Assembly: GCA_965247095.1 (NCBI GenBank)
Contig: OZ251997.1
Span: 2,432,001 to 2,496,000 of the forward strand
Source of the DNA: Candidatus Multivorans sp.
GTDB lineage: Bacteria; Acidobacteriota; Thermoanaerobaculia; Multivoradales; Multivoraceae
DNA length: 64,000 nt
Direction: 5' to 3'
Below the pieces are notes generated by a model that saw only the letters and a list, made by a program, of their open reading frames with translations, did not search any database and had not been told where the DNA came from. The translations under genes and the position numbers were made by a program. Positions 10,469 through 20,159 of this stretch are shown one piece after another. Position 1 is the stretch's first letter. Every line of letters begins with the position of its first letter.

Positions 10469-12232
10469 CTACTGCGCTCCCGAACCCGTCTCCGCCGCCG
10501 CGGCCGCGGCTTCCTCGCGGTCGCGGGCCCGGGCGCCGGAGAGGATGTTCGTCATGCCGTAGTTGCCTTCGTGGCAGGAGTACTCGACGAGCTCGTACTG
10601 CTCGTTGTCGAGTTCGAACTCGAAGCGGCCGGTCCAGGGCTGAGTCCAAATGCTCGGATCCTCGACGGTGAACTGGTACTCGAGGCGGTTCGGGCCCAAG
10701 CGGGTGTAGCGCTCGGTGAGCTTCATGCCCTCGCTAGAGCCGCGGTAGTTCGTGCGGCCGTTGAACTTCGTGACCTCGACGACCAGGGTGTCGCCGTCCC
10801 AGCGGCCCTGGGACTCGCCGAGCCACTGTTTGACCCCTGCTCCCAGCGGCGGGCGTGCCTCGGTGGGGATGACCCGGGTCTCGTGGATCATCTCCTTCTG
10901 GATCGCGACGAAACCAGGGCTCTGGCTGATCTGGAGGCCGTTGTTGTAGATCGAAGGCATCATCATGCCGGGAAGGCCGCGCGTGATGCAGCGCACGTAG
11001 GCGGTCAGGTCCTCCGGTCCCGCAGGCCGGCGGTTCACGTAGTCCCCAAACGCCTCAGAGGCCTGCCTCCTGCGCTCCTGTGCCTCCTCCGTCAACTCGG
11101 GCAGACGACCGTCCGGCGGGTCGATGACCATCGCGACCTGTCGAGACGGCGCCGACTTGACGTAGCCGAGCGTCGTGTCCCGCCACTCGCGCTCGTAGCC
11201 CCAGATGCTGCCCAGGGTGCCGCGTTCGCGGCGGGCCGCCGCTTCTTCGGGAGTCAGTTGCGCCCGGTCGGCAAGCTCCTCGGGACGTTCCAGGGGAATG
11301 CCGTGGGCCTTGTTGCCGCTCCACATCCCCTGCAGGTCGGGCGTGCTCCAGGGCGTCCGCGGGACCACGTAGGGCTCGGCCGAGGCGACGGCTTCATCCT
11401 CGAAGTCGGCCATCGCGTCGATACCCTGCCAGCCCGGTTCGAGGACCGCCACCCGCACGTTGTCGGGGGCGGAGACGAAGCCGCGCTTCGCTTCCGAGCG
11501 GCCACCCGCCGGCCGCTCAGGATCCCGGGTGAAGCGAACGCCCCGGTCGCGGAGTCCGACGGCCGCCGTGTCGAGATCGGCGATCTCGAAGGCGAGATGG
11601 TCGATCGCCCGTCCCGCGCTCGCCGCCGGTTGACCCTCGGCGTGCTGCGAGGCGAGCAGCCAGACGTCGCCGAAACGGACACCGTCGAGCATCCCGCGCA
11701 GGCTCGCCGGCGAGCCGCCGAACGTCTCGCGGTACCAATCGAGTGTCCGGCCCGGATCGGCCGAACTGAGGTGGACATGGTGGAAGCCCAACGTCTCCGT
11801 GTCCTCGACCACCTCGATCCGCGTGCCCCAGGGATCGAAGATGAAGCCGATCTTGAACAGGCCCGGGATGTCCCGCAGGGTCGAGCCGTCGTCGAAGCGC
11901 TGCAGCCGAACACCGGAGCCCCGCACGCCGACCTTCTCCAACTCGGCCATCTTCTCCGTGAGGTCCGGGAAGGAGAAGGAGATGTGGTCGAGGCCCGTGC
12001 CCTGGCTGGCGCCCATGATCGGCCCCTGGGTGAACTCGATCGTCGCGTTGCCGCAGTCGATCGCTTCGCCGCGGCCCTCGATCGGCTCGCAGTCCAGGTG
12101 CCGCTGGTACCACTTGACTGCCTCGCTGGCAGCCGAGGTCGTCAGTTGCACGGAAACCTCGCCCGCCGCCGCCGGAACGGCGGTGAGGGCGAGCAGCAGC
12201 CCGGCGGCAGCAGCCGCGACGCTACGGATCAC
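10469..12232 (-). CDS. Secreted tandem-VOC (glyoxalase-like) protein fused to an 'EYxCHEGNY' family domain
   Basis: Signal peptide; LDHISFS..DPWGTRIEVV; FHHVHL; IDHLAF..PDNVRVAVLE; then PDLQGMW...EYSCHEGNY. Confidence 0.8.
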   Translation of the reverse strand: MIRSVAAAAAGLLLALTAVPAAAGEVSVQLTTSAASEAVKWYQRHLDCEPIEGRGEAIDCGNATIEFTQGPIMGASQGTGLDHISFSFPDLTEKMAELEKVGVRGSGVRLQRFDDGSTLRDIPGLFKIGFIFDPWGTRIEVVEDTETLGFHHVHLSSADPGRTLDWYRETFGGSPASLRGMLDGVRFGDVWLLASQHAEGQPAASAGRAIDHLAFEIADLDTAAVGLRDRGVRFTRDPERPAGGRSEAKRGFVSAPDNVRVAVLEPGWQGIDAMADFEDEAVASAEPYVVPRTPWSTPDLQGMWSGNKAHGIPLERPEELADRAQLTPEEAAARRERGTLGSIWGYEREWRDTTLGYVKSAPSRQVAMVIDPPDGRLPELTEEAQERRRQASEAFGDYVNRRPAGPEDLTAYVRCITRGLPGMMMPSIYNNGLQISQSPGFVAIQKEMIHETRVIPTEARPPLGAGVKQWLGESQGRWDGDTLVVEVTKFNGRTNYRGSSEGMKLTERYTRLGPNRLEYQFTVEDPSIWTQPWTGRFEFELDNEQYELVEYSCHEGNYGMTNILSGARARDREEAAAAAAETGSGAQ

Positions 12233-13043
12233 TGTCTGTCGGTGTTTCTTCGCGTCGGCGTAGGTGGCCATAGAGAAGCTCCTCAGAAAACTCGACACAC
12301 TTGAACTCCAGCACCCGCGCGTGCTCCTCGAGACGGCGGTAAAGCGGCATGCGGATCGTCCACGGACCGGTGAAAACGTTCTCGTCTTCGAGCGTCGCCT
12401 CGTACATCAACGAGTTGGGTCCGGTCGGCGTGTACCGCTCGACCACGCGCAAGGTGTCGCTGGCGAAGTTGCCGGCGCGGTCGAACCAGGCTTGACCGTT
12501 GAAGCCGGCGGCCTCGACGACCAGCGTCTCGCCTTCCCAGCGACCGTGGGAGCGGCCCATCCAACTGTCGATCGGCGCCGGCGCCGGATCGTCCTTGTCC
12601 ATGTGGATCGTCCGGTTCGCCTCGGCGAAACCGTAGACGATCATGATCTGGCCGGTGCCCTGGAGAAGCTGGAACGGGAACGGCATGTAGGTCGCGCGCG
12701 GCACGCCCGGCAGGTAGCACTTGGCTTCGGGGTCCTCGCGCCAGCGGTTCTCGAAGTTCTTCTGCCGCTGCTCCCGCGCCCAGTCCTGGTAGGGGATCTC
12801 GCCCTCGACGACGACGCCCACACCGGGCGGCATGGCGGCCAGAGCGCCGAGTTCCGCCGGCCCGGCGGCCGCCGAGTGGTCCTCCAGGTTCCAGTGCGCG
12901 GTGTTGATCGCCTGCCAGACGCCATTGATGTCCGGGTTGCCGTCGTAGTGGCGCGGGATCGCGTGGCCGGCGTCCTGCGCCATCGCGGGCGTTGTCAGCA
13001 CCGAGGCCACCAACAGGGCCTTGAACAGACCCAGGCGCCGCAT
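12222..13043 (-). CDS. Secreted hypothetical protein, same family as 5152 and 10469
   Basis: GNPDINGVW, DPEAKCYLPGVPR, MGRSHGRWEGETLVV, EFKCVE. Confidence 0.8.
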   Translation of the reverse strand: MRRLGLFKALLVASVLTTPAMAQDAGHAIPRHYDGNPDINGVWQAINTAHWNLEDHSAAAGPAELGALAAMPPGVGVVVEGEIPYQDWAREQRQKNFENRWREDPEAKCYLPGVPRATYMPFPFQLLQGTGQIMIVYGFAEANRTIHMDKDDPAPAPIDSWMGRSHGRWEGETLVVEAAGFNGQAWFDRAGNFASDTLRVVERYTPTGPNSLMYEATLEDENVFTGPWTIRMPLYRRLEEHARVLEFKCVEFSEELLYGHLRRREETPTDSDP

Positions 13044-13149
13044 CCAAGCTCGTCCGTCTTGCACTCGATTCCTCACCACGATGGAGGGAAGTCTCGTCCT
13101 TGGGTAAGGCGAGAGCATAGCCCACCGGTGAGGCGGAGTCGGACCGCCC

Positions 13150-13189
13150 TTGAACGCAGTTGATTGCCCGGTACGATTTAGACTAGTCT
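13150..13189 (+). promoter_or_regulatory. Probable sigma70 promoter with palindromic operator of TA operon
   Basis: TTGAAC-16-TACGAT followed by palindrome AGACTAGTCT (13180-13189). Confidence 0.5.
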
Positions 13190-13216
13190 GACCGACCGGA
13201 CTGAACTGGAGACCCT

Positions 13217-13462
13217 ATGCAGACGATCGGCGCCTACGAAGCGAAGACCCATCTTCCCCGACTACTGGAACGCGTTGCAAGCGGCGAGACCCTGACGATC
13301 ACTCGCCATGGTCGGCCCATCGCCCGACTCGTCCCGGTAGAGACGGACGATCGAGAGCGCGCCGCTCAGGCAGCCCGTCGCATCGAGGAGCGTCGCAACC
13401 GGCTCGGCCGGGCGAGCCTGACCGAGTTGCTCGACTCCATCCATGAAGGTCACCGGGTTTGA
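13217..13462 (+). CDS. Phd/YefM antitoxin
   Basis: IGAYEAKTHLPRLLERV..GETLTITRHGRPIARLVP. Confidence 0.9.
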   Translation: MQTIGAYEAKTHLPRLLERVASGETLTITRHGRPIARLVPVETDDRERAAQAARRIEERRNRLGRASLTELLDSIHEGHRV

Positions 13463-13875
13463 CCGCCATTGTCCTCGACAACTCGGTGGTGCTCTGCTGG
13501 TGTCTGGCCGATGAGGTGGATCCGCTGGCGCAGCGAGCTCTCCAACTGACCGTCGAGCAAGGCGCGGTCGCACCTCGGATCTGGTGGTACGAACTGTGGA
13601 ACGCGTTGCTGGTGAACGAGCGTCGCGGCCGCCTTGAAGAAGCCGACACGCGCACGACGCTCCTCGACCTCGGGCAAATGCGAATCGAACTGGACGCCGA
13701 CCACGACGACCGAAATGTCCTCAATCTGGCGCGACGGCACAATCTGACGGCATACGACGCTGCCTATCTGGAAGTCGCGGGCCGCCGCCGGCTGCCGCTC
13801 GCGACGTTGGACCGACGCCTTCAGACCGCCGCGGCCGCCGAGGGCGCCGCTCTGCTTGGGCAGGGCGCATCCTGA
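13459..13875 (+). CDS. vapC: VapC PIN-domain toxin
   Basis: VLDNSVVL, LTAYDAAYLEVA, LATLDRRL; 4-nt overlap with antitoxin. Confidence 0.9.
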   Translation: MTAIVLDNSVVLCWCLADEVDPLAQRALQLTVEQGAVAPRIWWYELWNALLVNERRGRLEEADTRTTLLDLGQMRIELDADHDDRNVLNLARRHNLTAYDAAYLEVAGRRRLPLATLDRRLQTAAAAEGAALLGQGAS

Positions 13876-13929
13876 CAAGCCCTCGCTACACTCGGCGCCC
13901 CAACCTCCCCAAGGAAGGATGATCCAGCG

Positions 13930-14718
13930 ATGATCGACCTGAACCTGACCGACCGCCGCGCCGTCGTTACCGGCGGCAGCCTCGGCATCGGCGCCGCCAC
14001 CGTCCGCCTGCTCGCCGACCACGGCGCCGCGGTCTCCTTCTGCGCCCGCAGCGAGGACGCCGTCGCGTCGCTCGACGGCTACAAGCCGCCCTCCGGCAGC
14101 GGCAGCGTGGCGGGACACGTCGCCGACATGGCCGACCGTTCATCGATCGACGCCTTCTTCGAAGCCGTCCTGGCCGGCGGCGCCGTCGACATCCTGGTCA
14201 ACAACGTCGGCGCCTCGCCCTCGCGCAACTTCCTCTACATGAGCGACGACGACTGGGAGGACCTGTTCCGTCTCAACCTGATCTCGGCCGTGCGCAGCAC
14301 CAGACTCTGCCTGCCGGGTATGCGCAAGCAGAAGTGGGGCCGCGTGGTGATGATCGCGAGCGGCGCGGCGAAGTACCCCGGCGCCGCGCTGATCGACTAC
14401 GGCGCCTCGAAGGCGGCGATGGTCGCCACCGGCAAGGCCCTGTCCGGCAAGTACGGACGCGACAACGTGCTGTTCAACTCCGTCCTGCCCGGCCTGATCC
14501 ACACCGCGATGTGGGAGCGGGCGGCCAAGGAGATCGCCAACGCCCGCGGCGGCGACTGGGAGGACATCATCAAGAACAACGGCAAGAGCGTCCCCGTCGG
14601 CCGCTACGGCACTTCCGAGGAGGTCGCCAACATGATCGTCTTCCTGTGCTCGGAAGCCGCGTCCTACGTCAACGGCGCCGTGATCGATGTCGACGGCGGC
14701 CAGGGCCCGCACATCTGA
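13930..14718 (+). CDS. SDR-family oxidoreductase
   Basis: TGGSLGIG, NNVG, YGASK. Confidence 0.9.
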   Translation: MIDLNLTDRRAVVTGGSLGIGAATVRLLADHGAAVSFCARSEDAVASLDGYKPPSGSGSVAGHVADMADRSSIDAFFEAVLAGGAVDILVNNVGASPSRNFLYMSDDDWEDLFRLNLISAVRSTRLCLPGMRKQKWGRVVMIASGAAKYPGAALIDYGASKAAMVATGKALSGKYGRDNVLFNSVLPGLIHTAMWERAAKEIANARGGDWEDIIKNNGKSVPVGRYGTSEEVANMIVFLCSEAASYVNGAVIDVDGGQGPHI

Positions 14719-14722
14719 CCCG

Positions 14723-15115
14723 CTAGTTGCGCAGCACGGAGATGTCGGACGCCTCCGCGAGGTGGCCATCGGCCGTGACCAGCGTCAGGCCCATCACCTT
14801 GGCTGTGGCAGCGAGGAAGCGGTCCGCGGGATCCTTGTGCGGGAGATCGACCGCGCGGCTTGCCAGTGCGATCTCGTGGGTAACGGGTGCCTCGCGGGTG
14901 GGCATCTTGTCCATCGCCTCTTCGATCCAGGCCTCTGCCGAGCCGTGCAGGGCGAGACGCCCCTTTTCGAACAGCAGAAGCACCTCCCACACACTGATCG
15001 GAGAGAGCCAGAGCTCGTTTTCCGGCGACTCGATGGCTGCGGCGACCTCCTCGGACACGCGCTCCGGCTCGACTTGACTCCAAACCCAGACGTGCGTGTC
15101 AAGCAGGAGCCTCAA
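14723..15115 (-). CDS. vapC: VapC PIN-domain toxin
   Basis: LLLDTHVWVW, SPISVWE, HKDPADRFLAATA, LVTAD. Confidence 0.9.
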   Translation of the reverse strand: MRLLLDTHVWVWSQVEPERVSEEVAAAIESPENELWLSPISVWEVLLLFEKGRLALHGSAEAWIEEAMDKMPTREAPVTHEIALASRAVDLPHKDPADRFLAATAKVMGLTLVTADGHLAEASDISVLRN

Positions 15116-15354
15116 GACCGCAGAACTTCCCATTCGTCTTCGTCCACCACCGGGGAGACGATGTCACCCACGATACTCGCCGTACCCCGCATCTGGCCGA
15201 GAACCCGGCGTGGCTGAACGGCCGGCGCGGGCGGAACGATCTCGGCGACGGGCTTGCCGAAACGCGTGACTAGCACCGACTCCCCAGTTCGGTTGACCCG
15301 CTGCAGCACGGCCAAGCACGTCGCCTTGAACTTCGAAACAGCGATCTCCTCCAT
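15112..15354 (-). CDS. Phd/YefM antitoxin
   Basis: IAVSKFKATCL..GESVLVTRFGKPVAEIVP. Confidence 0.9.
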   Translation of the reverse strand: MEEIAVSKFKATCLAVLQRVNRTGESVLVTRFGKPVAEIVPPAPAVQPRRVLGQMRGTASIVGDIVSPVVDEDEWEVLRS

Positions 15355-15393
15355 TCATCCTCTCCTTCGCGTCGGGCAGATGCGCACGTTTGT

Positions 15394-15417
15394 ACCATGG
15401 TCGATGACCATGGTCAA
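15394..15417. promoter_or_regulatory. Tandem palindromic operator upstream of phd-vapC
   Basis: ACCATGGT-cga-TGACCATGGTCA. Confidence 0.55.
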
Positions 15418-15502
15418 TCCTCCTGCACCCCTCAACGATCCGCCAGGAACTCGGAAGCGCCCGCGTCCAGTTTCCCGGTAGACCGTTCGGGCGGGCCGCC
15501 CG

Positions 15503-16354
15503 CTACTGCTCCTCCGACCCCTCGATCTCGGCTACGCCTGACGCCGTCTCCTCGAGCAGCGCCTGGGCGCCGCGGCGGATCAGGCTGCCGACGCCGGGGG
15601 CCTGGAAGAAGCTGAACCCCTCGCGGTCGCGCCACGCGAGCGGGCCGCCCAGCTTGAGGTCGGCGCCAAGCACGGCGTCGCGGATGCGGTCGACCATCGC
15701 CTCGTACTCCGGTTCGCCCTGGCGTTTGCCGGAGAAGCTGTAGAGGTCGGTGGAGGCCGCGAACACGACATCGACGCCGGGCACGGCGGCGATCTCCTCC
15801 ACCGCGTCGACTCCGGCCGGCGACTCGATCATCGCCACGACCAGGATGTTGTCGTTCGCCGTGGCGCGGTAGTCGCGGCCCCACAAAGCGCCGTACTGGC
15901 CGCCGCCGAGGCTGCGCCGGCCCTCGGGCGGGTACTTGGCGAAGCGGACCGCTCGCTCCATCTTCTCGGCCGTGCGCACCATGGGCACGACGATGCCGAG
16001 GGCGCCGAGGTCGACCGCCTTCTGGATGGCGCCCTCCGTCGCGTCGGGCACGCGGATGAAGGGGATGGCGGACGCGCCGCGGCAAGCCCAGATCATCCGG
16101 GCCACGTCCTGGTAGGAGAGCGGGCTGTGCTGCATCTCGATCCAGGTGAAGTCGAAGCCGGCGTTGGCCGCGACGCAGTAGCTGTCCGGGTCGGGCGAGG
16201 AGACGGAGACGCCGACGATGCCCTCGCCGCTCATCAGCTTCTGCTTGGCCGTGTTGTACATCCGCGCGCCGTCGTCCTGCGCGGCGGCAATGGCCGCGAG
16301 ACTCAGGCTGACGGCAATCGCAATGGCAAGTCGAGGCGTTCTCATGCGTCTCAT
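15503..16354 (-). CDS. HpcH/HpaI aldolase family protein with signal peptide
   Basis: GFDFTWIEMQHSP, IRVP, KYPPEGRRSLG, AMIESPAGV; N-terminus RLAIAIAVSLSLAAIAAAQ. Confidence 0.85.
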   Translation of the reverse strand: MRRMRTPRLAIAIAVSLSLAAIAAAQDDGARMYNTAKQKLMSGEGIVGVSVSSPDPDSYCVAANAGFDFTWIEMQHSPLSYQDVARMIWACRGASAIPFIRVPDATEGAIQKAVDLGALGIVVPMVRTAEKMERAVRFAKYPPEGRRSLGGGQYGALWGRDYRATANDNILVVAMIESPAGVDAVEEIAAVPGVDVVFAASTDLYSFSGKRQGEPEYEAMVDRIRDAVLGADLKLGGPLAWRDREGFSFFQAPGVGSLIRRGAQALLEETASGVAEIEGSEEQ

Positions 16355-17214
16355 GCGTCCTCCCCTGCTTCCGGAGCGTCCGTTTCGCCTGCCGGCGTCT
16401 GTCCGGCGCGTCCGCCGCGCTGGCCCCGGAGAGCCAGGTCGACGCCCACCAGGCGCCGATTGCCGTCGACCCTGCTGGAGCTGCCGCGGATCTCGCGCAC
16501 CACCAGGTAGTCGGCGAAAGCGGCCTCGACGTTGGCGCTGTAGCCCATCGCGTCCTGGGCCTTGTTCACCGCGAGCTTGCCCAGCCGCAGCACCGCCGGG
16601 TCGTTCTCGGCGATCCGTTCGGCATAGGCCAGGGTCTCCCGCTCGAGTTCGTCCTCCGCGTAGACGCGGTTGACCAGGCCGAGTTCGCGCGCTTCCTCGG
16701 CGTCGATGAAGCGGCTCTCGAACAGCAGTTCCTTCGCCTTGCGGGGATGGACGTCCCAGGGCACGGTGAAGGTCTCGAACAGGCTGGCGAGGAACCGGGC
16801 GCTCGGCGCGGCGAAGATCAGGTCCATCGACGCCGCGATCATCCAGCCGCCGAAGATGCAGTAGCCGTGGACCATGGCGATCGTCGGCTTCGGCAGGTTG
16901 CGCCACTTGACCGTGTTGTCCAGGTTGTACCAACGGAACGCCTCGTACCATTCCATGCCGACCCACTGGGTGAGGCCCCGGGCCTCGATGTCCGCCTCCT
17001 GTTCCGGCGTGCCCAGGTCGTGGCCGGAGGAGAAGTGCTTGCCGGCGCCCTTCAGCACCACGACGCAAACGTCCTCGTCGGCCATCGCCCGGTCGAGCTG
17101 CCGGTCCAGGTCGTCGAGCAGCTTCCAGCTCTGGGCGTTGTGGTAGCGCGCCCGGTCCAGAGTGAGCACCGCTACCGGGCCGCGCCGTTCGTAGCGAACC
17201 TCTTCTGCTGCCAT
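16351..17214 (-). CDS. Enoyl-CoA hydratase/isomerase family
   Basis: GAGKHFSSGHDL, KPTIAMVHGYCIFGG, AEEARELGLVNRV. Confidence 0.9.
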   Translation of the reverse strand: MAAEEVRYERRGPVAVLTLDRARYHNAQSWKLLDDLDRQLDRAMADEDVCVVVLKGAGKHFSSGHDLGTPEQEADIEARGLTQWVGMEWYEAFRWYNLDNTVKWRNLPKPTIAMVHGYCIFGGWMIAASMDLIFAAPSARFLASLFETFTVPWDVHPRKAKELLFESRFIDAEEARELGLVNRVYAEDELERETLAYAERIAENDPAVLRLGKLAVNKAQDAMGYSANVEAAFADYLVVREIRGSSSRVDGNRRLVGVDLALRGQRGGRAGQTPAGETDAPEAGEDA

Positions 17215-17247
17215 ACCTGTCCTCGGCCGTGATTTGGAGGGAATCCG

Positions 17248-17604
17248 ATGAAGCGTAGCGCACCGATCAGCGTGGCACTGCTCGCCGTCTGGACGCTCGC
17301 CTGCGGCGGCGGCCAGCGGAGCGGCGACACCGGCGGCGGCGCGCCGACGCCCAACATCGTCCTGGTGATGACCGACGACCAGGGCTACGGCGATTTCGGA
17401 TTCGCCGGCAACCCGGCGATCGAGACGCCCCACCTCGACGCCCTGGCCGCCCAGAGCGCCCAGGTCGACCGCTTCTACGTCAGCCCGGTCTGCACCGACA
17501 TCGCTACCGGCGACTTCGCGCTCAGCGCGTCCGCGGGCGAAGGCGCCGACCAGCGAGGCGCACACCATGTCGTGCTCAGCCGGCGCTCGGCATCCGCGCC
17601 GTAG
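17248..17604 (+). pseudogene. Sulfatase lipoprotein with large internal deletion
   Basis: Lipobox LAC, PNIVLVMTDDQGYGD..ETPHLD..FYVSPVC then unrelated 36-aa tail; CxPxR motif broken. Confidence 0.8.
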
Positions 17605-17706
17605 CGCCGTCAAACGAGGCGGGAAGGAAAGTAGAATCGCGCCTCTGAGGGTCCCAAGGCCAGACTGGGCGACTGCTTGCACACCGACACGAGACGGCCA
17701 TTTCGC

Positions 17707-20148
17707 ATGCTCCGCACGATCGATTCGACGATCCGGTCGGCCTTGGCAGGATCCGATCCTGCAACCGTTCGCTCATCCGCAGCACCGCCACTCCGGGCCA
17801 CTCTCGCCGCCACTGTCCTCGGCACGCTGCTTCTGATCCAGCCGGCAGCCGCCCAGGACACCGGCTCAATAGCCGGCCAGTTGGACACTCACGGCGAGGG
17901 CGGGGTCACGCTCGCCACCGCGACACTCCCTGAGCTATCCCTCAGCGCCTCGGTGGCAACGCATGGCGCGTTCCGCTTCGATGCCGTACCGCCCGGCACC
18001 TACCTTCTGGTTGTCGAGATTCCCTCCGTCGGCCTGACCAGGCAGTCGGTCACCGTCTCGGCCGGCCAGGAGACGGCCGTGGAACTGGAGATCGATCACA
18101 TCGCCCACTCCGATGAGATCGTCGTCACCGCCACCGGCGATCTCCGCAGCGAGTCCGAGCTGTCGAACGCGGTCTCCGTCCTCAGCGGGGCCGACCTGCA
18201 ACTGCGAATGGGCGCGACACTCGGCGAAACCCTCGAAGGAGAACCAGGCGTGTCGTCGACGTCCTTCGTCCCCGGCGCCGGCCGGCCGATCATCCGCGGC
18301 CTGTCCGGGGCTCGGGTCCGCGTGATGGCCGGCGGCATCGGCACCGGGGATACCTCCGCGGTCAGCGCCGACCACGCGGTGACATCCGAGCCGGCGCAGG
18401 CGCAGCAGATCGAGGTACTGCGCGGCCCGGCCACGCTCCGTTACGGCTCCGGCGCCATCGGCGGCGCCGTGAACATCATCGACGGACGCATTCCAACCAC
18501 GCGCGCGGCCACGTCCCTGAGCGGCACGATCGACCTCGTCGGGGGCTCGGTTGCGGACGAACGGATGGGCGCCCTGGAGTTGGGCGGCGGCAGCGGTGAC
18601 TGGGCCTGGGCCATCGCCGCGGTCAACCGGGAAACGGACCCCTACGAGATCCCGGTGCACTCCCGCCTCGAGGACGACCATGAAGAGGACGACGACGATC
18701 ACCACGACGAAGACGACGAGGACGACGACCACGAAGACAGCGAGGAGCACCTCGAGAACCCGTTCGGTGTCGTCCCGAACACCGACCTGCACACCGAGAG
18801 CGGCCGCCTCGGCGTGACCCGGTTCTTCGGCGACCGCGGCTTTCTCGGCGTGTCGGTCAGCGGCTTCAACACGGAGTACGGCATTCCGCCCGGGGCTCAC
18901 CAACACCAAGGGCACGCTCACGAGGACGATCAGCACGACGACGACGAGGACGAGGGCGAAGACGACCACGGCGACGAGGAGCTGCCCGTTCGCGTCGACA
19001 TGAAGCAGCAGCGGGTCGACCTGCGCAGCGACATCTACCTGCCCGCTGGCGGCTTCGAGAAGCTCGAGGTGCGCATGGGCGGAACGGACTACGAACACAT
19101 CGAGTTCGAGGGTGACGAGGCCGGCACCCTGTTCACGAACGACTACTTCGAGACCCGGGTCGAGATGTTCCAGCGGGTCCGCGGCGGCAGCCGGGGCTCC
19201 GTCGGTCTCCAGTACTCGGACCGCGACATCGCCGCGGTGGGTGCAGAGGCCTACGTGCGGCCAACCGCATCGAACAGTTGGGCGGTGTTCACGTCCCAGG
19301 AGATCGAAAAGGGCGCCATCCGCTGGCAGTTCGGCGCCCGCTTCGAACAGTCCAATCACGATCCGGCCGGAGGCCCGACCTGGTCCGGCGACGGGGTATC
19401 CACTTCAGCGGGCCTGGTCTGGAAGGCGAACGACACGTGGTCCCTCGGCCTGTCCGCCTCCCGCTCCGTCCGCCTGCCGAGCCCCGAGGAACTGTTCGCG
19501 GACGGCGTCCATGTCGCCACACTGACCTATGAGATCGGCAATCCGAACCTGGACGCCGAAGTCGGCAACGGCCTGGACCTCTCCCTGCGCAAGAACGAGG
19601 GCCGCCTCCAGGGCGAACTGACCTTGTTCCAGCAGGACTTCCAGGACTTCATCTACCAGGGGTTCACGGGCGCCCAAATCGACGACATCGCGGTCATCCT
19701 CTACAGCCAAGGCAACGCGACAATGACCGGCGCCGAATTCCGAGCCCGGATCGAGGTCGTGGAATGGGAAGACAATCACCTCCACCTGGAGCTGCTCGGC
19801 GACACGGTCGACGCCGAGCTGGACCAGGGCGGCAACCTGCCGCGGATCCCGCCGATGAGCCTCGGCGCCGGCCTGCACTACCACGGCCACGACTGGCGGG
19901 CCGCGGTGGAGTGGCGCTTCGTCGACGACCAGCACGACGTCGCCGAGCTGGAGGGGCCGACCGACGGCTACACGATGCTCAACGCCCATGTCGGGCGCCG
20001 GTTCATCCTCAAGAACCAGATCCTCGAGCTGCTGCTTCGGGGCCGGAACCTGACCGACGAAGAGGCGCGCGTGCATACGTCCTTCCTCAAGACACTCGCG
20101 CCGCTCCCCGGGCGTGACATCACGCTGTCGGCCCGGTTCTGGTTCTGA
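17707..20148 (+). CDS. TonB-dependent receptor, ZnuD-like, with His/acidic tracts
   Basis: Plug TLGETL..PGVSS..GRPIIRG..IEVLRGPATLRYGSGAIGG; ELFADGVH; LPRIPP; C-terminal F; two HED-rich inserts. Confidence 0.85.
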   Translation: MLRTIDSTIRSALAGSDPATVRSSAAPPLRATLAATVLGTLLLIQPAAAQDTGSIAGQLDTHGEGGVTLATATLPELSLSASVATHGAFRFDAVPPGTYLLVVEIPSVGLTRQSVTVSAGQETAVELEIDHIAHSDEIVVTATGDLRSESELSNAVSVLSGADLQLRMGATLGETLEGEPGVSSTSFVPGAGRPIIRGLSGARVRVMAGGIGTGDTSAVSADHAVTSEPAQAQQIEVLRGPATLRYGSGAIGGAVNIIDGRIPTTRAATSLSGTIDLVGGSVADERMGALELGGGSGDWAWAIAAVNRETDPYEIPVHSRLEDDHEEDDDDHHDEDDEDDDHEDSEEHLENPFGVVPNTDLHTESGRLGVTRFFGDRGFLGVSVSGFNTEYGIPPGAHQHQGHAHEDDQHDDDEDEGEDDHGDEELPVRVDMKQQRVDLRSDIYLPAGGFEKLEVRMGGTDYEHIEFEGDEAGTLFTNDYFETRVEMFQRVRGGSRGSVGLQYSDRDIAAVGAEAYVRPTASNSWAVFTSQEIEKGAIRWQFGARFEQSNHDPAGGPTWSGDGVSTSAGLVWKANDTWSLGLSASRSVRLPSPEELFADGVHVATLTYEIGNPNLDAEVGNGLDLSLRKNEGRLQGELTLFQQDFQDFIYQGFTGAQIDDIAVILYSQGNATMTGAEFRARIEVVEWEDNHLHLELLGDTVDAELDQGGNLPRIPPMSLGAGLHYHGHDWRAAVEWRFVDDQHDVAELEGPTDGYTMLNAHVGRRFILKNQILELLLRGRNLTDEEARVHTSFLKTLAPLPGRDITLSARFWF

Positions 20149-20159
20149 GTCGGGACCGC

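Noticed and set aside
10274-12304. Long antisense or alternate-frame ORFs (also 5239-6732, 17935-19359, 43016-44890, 51408-52961)
   Set aside because: Shadow ORFs typical of high-GC coding DNA; no motifs
15503-17263. 586-aa ORF as one protein
   Set aside because: The N-terminal half is an alternate frame of the enoyl-CoA hydratase; the real aldolase starts near 16354
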